Assembly (NCBI GenBank): GCA_031416315.1
Contig: JANOTL010000225.1
Span: 1-22,396 of the forward strand
DNA from: Pseudomonadota bacterium
GTDB taxonomy: Bacteria > Bdellovibrionota_B > Oligoflexia > Oligoflexales > CAIYRB01
Length of the DNA stretch: 22,396 nucleotides
Reading direction: 5' to 3'
Shown: positions 19,320 to 22,396 of the stretch, piece by piece
Position numbering within the stretch: the stretch's first letter is position 1
Layout of the letters: every line of letters begins with the position of its first letter
Program-made: the position numbers and the translations under genes
Notes under the pieces: generated by a model
The model's database searches: none
What the model saw: the letters and a program-made list of their open reading frames with translations, nothing else
What the model was told of the DNA's origin: nothing

Positions 19320-19622
19320 ATGCAACCCGAATCCCACCGCGTCAAAGACATCGCGCAAATCGACCCGCGCACCATCGGCATCCTGTGGACCGATGGCAAG
19401 AGCGACGCCTTCGACGTCGTCGAGCTCCGCCGCAAATGCCCTTGCGCCGTCTGCATCGACGAATGGACCCGCGTCCCGAAGCTGAAGCCGGAGGACGTCG
19501 CCGAAACCGTGCGTCCCGTGAAGATCGAATCCGTCGGCGCCTACGCGCTGCGCATCGATTTCAGCGACGGCCATCGCACCGGAATCTACACGTTCAATCT
19601 CCTCCGTCAAATGCATGCCTAG
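19320..19622 (+). CDS. DUF971 / gamma-butyrobetaine-hydroxylase-like N-terminal domain protein
   Basis: W-x-DG, LRRKCPCAVC, VGAYALRIDFSDGHRTGIYTF. Confidence 0.9.
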   Translation: MQPESHRVKDIAQIDPRTIGILWTDGKSDAFDVVELRRKCPCAVCIDEWTRVPKLKPEDVAETVRPVKIESVGAYALRIDFSDGHRTGIYTFNLLRQMHA

Positions 19623-20574
19623 AGCGTTGCTCCTAGCGCTTGCTGTCCTGATCCTCTGCGCCTGCACGACCACCGGTCCCGTGCGCCTCGACCCGGCCGG
19701 CGCCCGCGCCGCTTACAATCGCGGCATCGTCCACCGCAACGGCGGCGACCTCCCGGCCGCCCTCGACGACTTCACCCAGGCGATCGAGCTCGACCCGACC
19801 GATACCGACGCACGCGTAAGCCGCGGTCGCGTCTATCTCCGCCTCAAGAGGAACTACGACGCGATCGACGACTTCAACGCGGCGATCGCCCTGGAGCAAG
19901 GCAGCAAGGCCGACACCTTCACCAGCCGCGGCAACGCCTACCTGCGTCTAGGCAAGCTCGCCGAGGCGCGCGCCGACTACTCGAAAGCGATCGAGCTCAA
20001 GCCGAGCTCCGCCGACGACCATTACAACCGCGGCCTGACTTATTCCCGCGAACGGAGCTGGAAACAGGCCGAGGCCAACTTTTCCCGCGCGCTCGAGCTG
20101 AATCCGAAGGATGTCGGGGCGCTTCGCGAGCGCGCCGCCGCGCGCCGAGAATTGGGCGACGAGAAGGGGCGGCTCGCCGACTTGGACCGCGCGAAGGGAC
20201 TGGAATATGCCGCCCTTCTGAACGCCCCCCGGTCGAAGGGCGCCGTCGACCTCGACGACAAGAGCTACGGCGGCTACTTCATCAAGATGCGCGAACGCAT
20301 CGACAACGTGTGGGTCTATCCGCCAGACGCCGCGCAAAATGGCAAAAGCGGCACCGTCGCCCTCGAATTCAAGATCGCCCGTCAGGGCCACGTCCTCGAC
20401 GTCAAAATCGTGAAGACTTCGGGTTACGGGATCCTCGACGAGGCCATCGTTCGCGCCGTCCGCGGAGCCTCGCCTTTCGCGCCGCTGCCGACCGAATTCA
20501 CTAAAGACGTGCTAACCGTCACCGGCACCTTTAAATACGTCCTCACCGCGCCACGTAAAGATCCGGCAACGTAA
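19615..20574 (+). CDS. Lipoprotein with about 5 TPR repeats and a C-terminal TonB_C/TolA-C-like domain
   Basis: Lipobox LILCA-C; TPRs such as AYNRGIVH...DFTQAIELDP and HYNRGLTY...NFSRALELNP; WVYPPDAAQNGKSGTVALEFKI...G...SGYGILDEAI...ASPFAPLP. 8-nt overlap with the DUF971 gene. Confidence 0.88.
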   Translation: MPRALLLALAVLILCACTTTGPVRLDPAGARAAYNRGIVHRNGGDLPAALDDFTQAIELDPTDTDARVSRGRVYLRLKRNYDAIDDFNAAIALEQGSKADTFTSRGNAYLRLGKLAEARADYSKAIELKPSSADDHYNRGLTYSRERSWKQAEANFSRALELNPKDVGALRERAAARRELGDEKGRLADLDRAKGLEYAALLNAPRSKGAVDLDDKSYGGYFIKMRERIDNVWVYPPDAAQNGKSGTVALEFKIARQGHVLDVKIVKTSGYGILDEAIVRAVRGASPFAPLPTEFTKDVLTVTGTFKYVLTAPRKDPAT

Positions 20575-20645
20575 GCGAATCGCGTTGACCGTCTCATGCG
20601 CGGCAGCTTACAAATCCCTCATCAGATCGACCTTCTGTCTGGATA

Positions 20646-20711
20646 TCCCCATATAAGCCGGTGATTGGACCGGCGTTTCTACCCGAGGCCGCAAATCTCG
20701 GACTATGGAGA
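20646..20711 (+). promoter_or_regulatory. Purine riboswitch aptamer, guanine-type (U47/U51/C74), probably translational OFF switch
   Basis: P1 TCCCCATA (20646-53)/TATGGAGA (20704-11, one C-A mismatch); J1/2 TAA; P2 GCCGGT/ACCGGC with loop GATTGG; J2/3 GTTTCTAC; P3 CCGAGG/TCTCGG with loop CCGCAAA; J3/1 AC (C74-equivalent at 20703). L2 GG can pair with L3 CC. Element order and core match the B. subtilis xpt guanine aptamer. Confidence 0.9.
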
Positions 20712-20716
20712 GCCCC

Positions 20717-21628
20717 GTGAAGATGTGCCGTATTACGTCCGTTTTGGCTTTTTGCGTCGCCGTCAGTTCCCCCGCTTTCGCTTGGGGCGATCGTGGTCAC
20801 AAAGCTCTCAACGTCGTCTCCCCCGACCTGATGACTTCGGCCGGAAGCGACTTCTTCGATCGTCACAAGGACGCAATCGAGCGTCTCTCGCTGACGCCCG
20901 ACACGACCTTCAAGCGCGCCAACTTCGAGTCCGAGCGCGGCACGCACTTCTTCCATTGGGACAAATACCGCGACACGCCGACCTCCGCGTCTTTCGAGTC
21001 GATGTCTCTGCGCACCGTCCTGCAACGTCTCGGGGACGCGTACGTGGACGAGAACGGCTCGGCCCTCTGGCGCATCACCGACGTCTTCCGCAAGACGGTC
21101 ACCGCACTCCGCGAGCGCGACTGGACGCGTGCCGTGCAGATGGTCGGCATCATGGGACATTACGTCGGCGACCTCTCGCAGCCGATGCACGTCTCCAGCG
21201 ACTACGACGGCCAGTCGATCCAGCGTGAAGGCATTCACCGCCACTTCGAGATCACGCTTCTCGAGGATTCGAGCGCGGACGAGCTCCAAACTCAGGTCCG
21301 CAATGCCGCTGGCCCTGTCCGCCAGGAGCTCCTCCGCGAGCCGAAGACGGACGACCCGATCAAGGACATCCGCCGTCTCATCATCGCCGCCGGCCAGAAG
21401 TCGCTCGCGGAGCTACCCGGAATCCTTGCCCTCTACGACCGCCGCCGTCAGGACGACGAAGGCCTGAAACGCATGCTTGCCCCCCGTCTCGGCGAAGGCG
21501 CAGCCCTCTTTGCCCACATCATCGATCGCGCAGTTGAAGAATCGGCTATCAGTGCCGACTTCCCGACGCGTACATTGCAGGTCCAAGAGCCTGCCTTCTT
21601 CGGGCTCGATACTCAATCGATGGAGTGA
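20717..21628 (+). CDS. Secreted trinuclear-zinc S1/P1 nuclease / phospholipase C superfamily enzyme
   Basis: Signal peptide ending AFA then mature WGDRGH; TPD; HFFHWD; GHYVGDLSQPMH; GIHRHFE. Start placed at GTG 20717 (GGAG at 20707-20710); ATG 20705 and ATG 20723 are alternatives. Confidence 0.88.
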   Translation: MKMCRITSVLAFCVAVSSPAFAWGDRGHKALNVVSPDLMTSAGSDFFDRHKDAIERLSLTPDTTFKRANFESERGTHFFHWDKYRDTPTSASFESMSLRTVLQRLGDAYVDENGSALWRITDVFRKTVTALRERDWTRAVQMVGIMGHYVGDLSQPMHVSSDYDGQSIQREGIHRHFEITLLEDSSADELQTQVRNAAGPVRQELLREPKTDDPIKDIRRLIIAAGQKSLAELPGILALYDRRRQDDEGLKRMLAPRLGEGAALFAHIIDRAVEESAISADFPTRTLQVQEPAFFGLDTQSME

Positions 21629-21633
21629 GCCCC

Positions 21634-22287
21634 ATGATCACCGTTTACGCCGGACGCCCGCCCTTCAAGGCACTCAAGGGTCACGTCCGCGACATCCGTG
21701 TCACTTGGCTCCTCGAGGAACTCGGCGTTCCCTACACGACGAAGCTCCTCGACATGGGCGAACACCAGCACAAGACGCCCGAGTACAAGGCCATCAACCC
21801 GTTCGGCAAGATCCCCGCGATCACCGACGGCGACTTGAAGCTTTTCGAGTCCTCGGCCATCAACATCTATCTCGCCGACAAGTACGGCAAAGGCCGCATG
21901 ATCCCGGCCCACGGGACGCTGGATCGCGCGCGTCACGACCAGTGGATGTTCTACGCCGTCTCGACGCTCGAGCCGATTGCCATCCGCCTCGTCGGCGCCC
22001 GGGCCTTCTCCGAGCATCCCGAGAAGGCGGTCTCCGCGACGGTCGCCGAGCTCAAGGGCGCGGGCATCGGTCCGAACCATCTCGAGGTTCTCGAAGCCCG
22101 CTTCGCCAATCAAGAATTCATCTTGGGCAAGGAGATGACGGTCGCTGACATCTCGCTCAGCTGCACTTTGAGCTTTTGTAACCATCCTGAGCTGATCGGC
22201 GAGTACGCGTACCTGGCGCAGTACCTCGAGCGGCTGCAGGCGCGCCCAGCCTACGAGAAAGCGTACGAGATCAACGCCGGCTTCTGA
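21634..22287 (+). CDS. Glutathione S-transferase family protein
   Basis: RVTWLLEELGVPY, INPFGKIPAI, LFESSAINIYL, MTVADI, RLQARPAY. Start ATG 21634 with GGAG 8 nt upstream. Confidence 0.92.
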   Translation: MITVYAGRPPFKALKGHVRDIRVTWLLEELGVPYTTKLLDMGEHQHKTPEYKAINPFGKIPAITDGDLKLFESSAINIYLADKYGKGRMIPAHGTLDRARHDQWMFYAVSTLEPIAIRLVGARAFSEHPEKAVSATVAELKGAGIGPNHLEVLEARFANQEFILGKEMTVADISLSCTLSFCNHPELIGEYAYLAQYLERLQARPAYEKAYEINAGF

Positions 22288-22295
22288 GCCGTCCC

Positions 22296-22396
22296 TTAGA
22301 GGGTGTCTAAAAAGGCGCGGGACGTAGGTTTACGGTCCCGCGATCCGCAACCGCTGACCGCTTGCGGCATTCCGCGGTCCGTGCTCCGCCGACCGC
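22296..22396. other. Structured non-coding end: possible IS5-like/MITE terminus and/or - strand terminator
   Basis: TTA-GAGGGTGTCTAAAAAG followed by hairpins CGCGGGAC/GTCCCGCG (22316-22342) and CCGCAA/TTGCGG (22345-22367); truncated by the window edge. Confidence 0.3.

Noticed and set aside
19300..19325. Programmed readthrough or frameshift fusing Mrp to DUF971
   Set aside because: Frames differ, no recognisable slippery site, and DUF971 has its own ATG.
20585..20614. TTGACC-N18-TACAAA sigma70-like promoter upstream of the riboswitch
   Set aside because: Position is plausible, but the -10 lacks the conserved final T; too weak to call.
20675..20703. Adenine or 2'-deoxyguanosine specificity for the aptamer
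   Set aside because: Position 74 is C (not U), position 51 is U (not C), and J2/3 has canonical length, so the pocket is guanine-type.

Overview
GC-rich bacterial chromosomal window with about 14 protein-coding genes and no CRISPR array, rRNA, tRNA, integrase or transposase. Its content (many orphan lipoproteins, MaeB, DacB, TPR/TonB) suggests a Bdellovibrionota/Myxococcota-like diderm, but that is inference only. Left to right: (-) a tightly packed envelope operon of an AsmA/YdbH-like protein, a lipidated DUF1318/YdbL-like protein and a >757-aa TolB-like beta-propeller + TPR lipoprotein that is missing from the ORF track and runs off the window; (-) pckA; (+) an orphan lipoprotein; (-) an FAD-linked D-2-hydroxyacid dehydrogenase; (+) a metzincin lipoprotein; (-) dacB-maeB; (+) trxB, mrp/apbC, DUF971 and a TPR/TonB_C lipoprotein; (+) a secreted S1/P1-nuclease/phospholipase-C-fold enzyme and a GST. 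The best non-coding signal is a guanine-type purine riboswitch aptamer (20646-20711) whose P1 helix covers the Shine-Dalgarno of the secreted nuclease-like gene, suggesting a purine-repressed nucleic-acid scavenging module. All calls are by eye and manual translation; no database searches were run.
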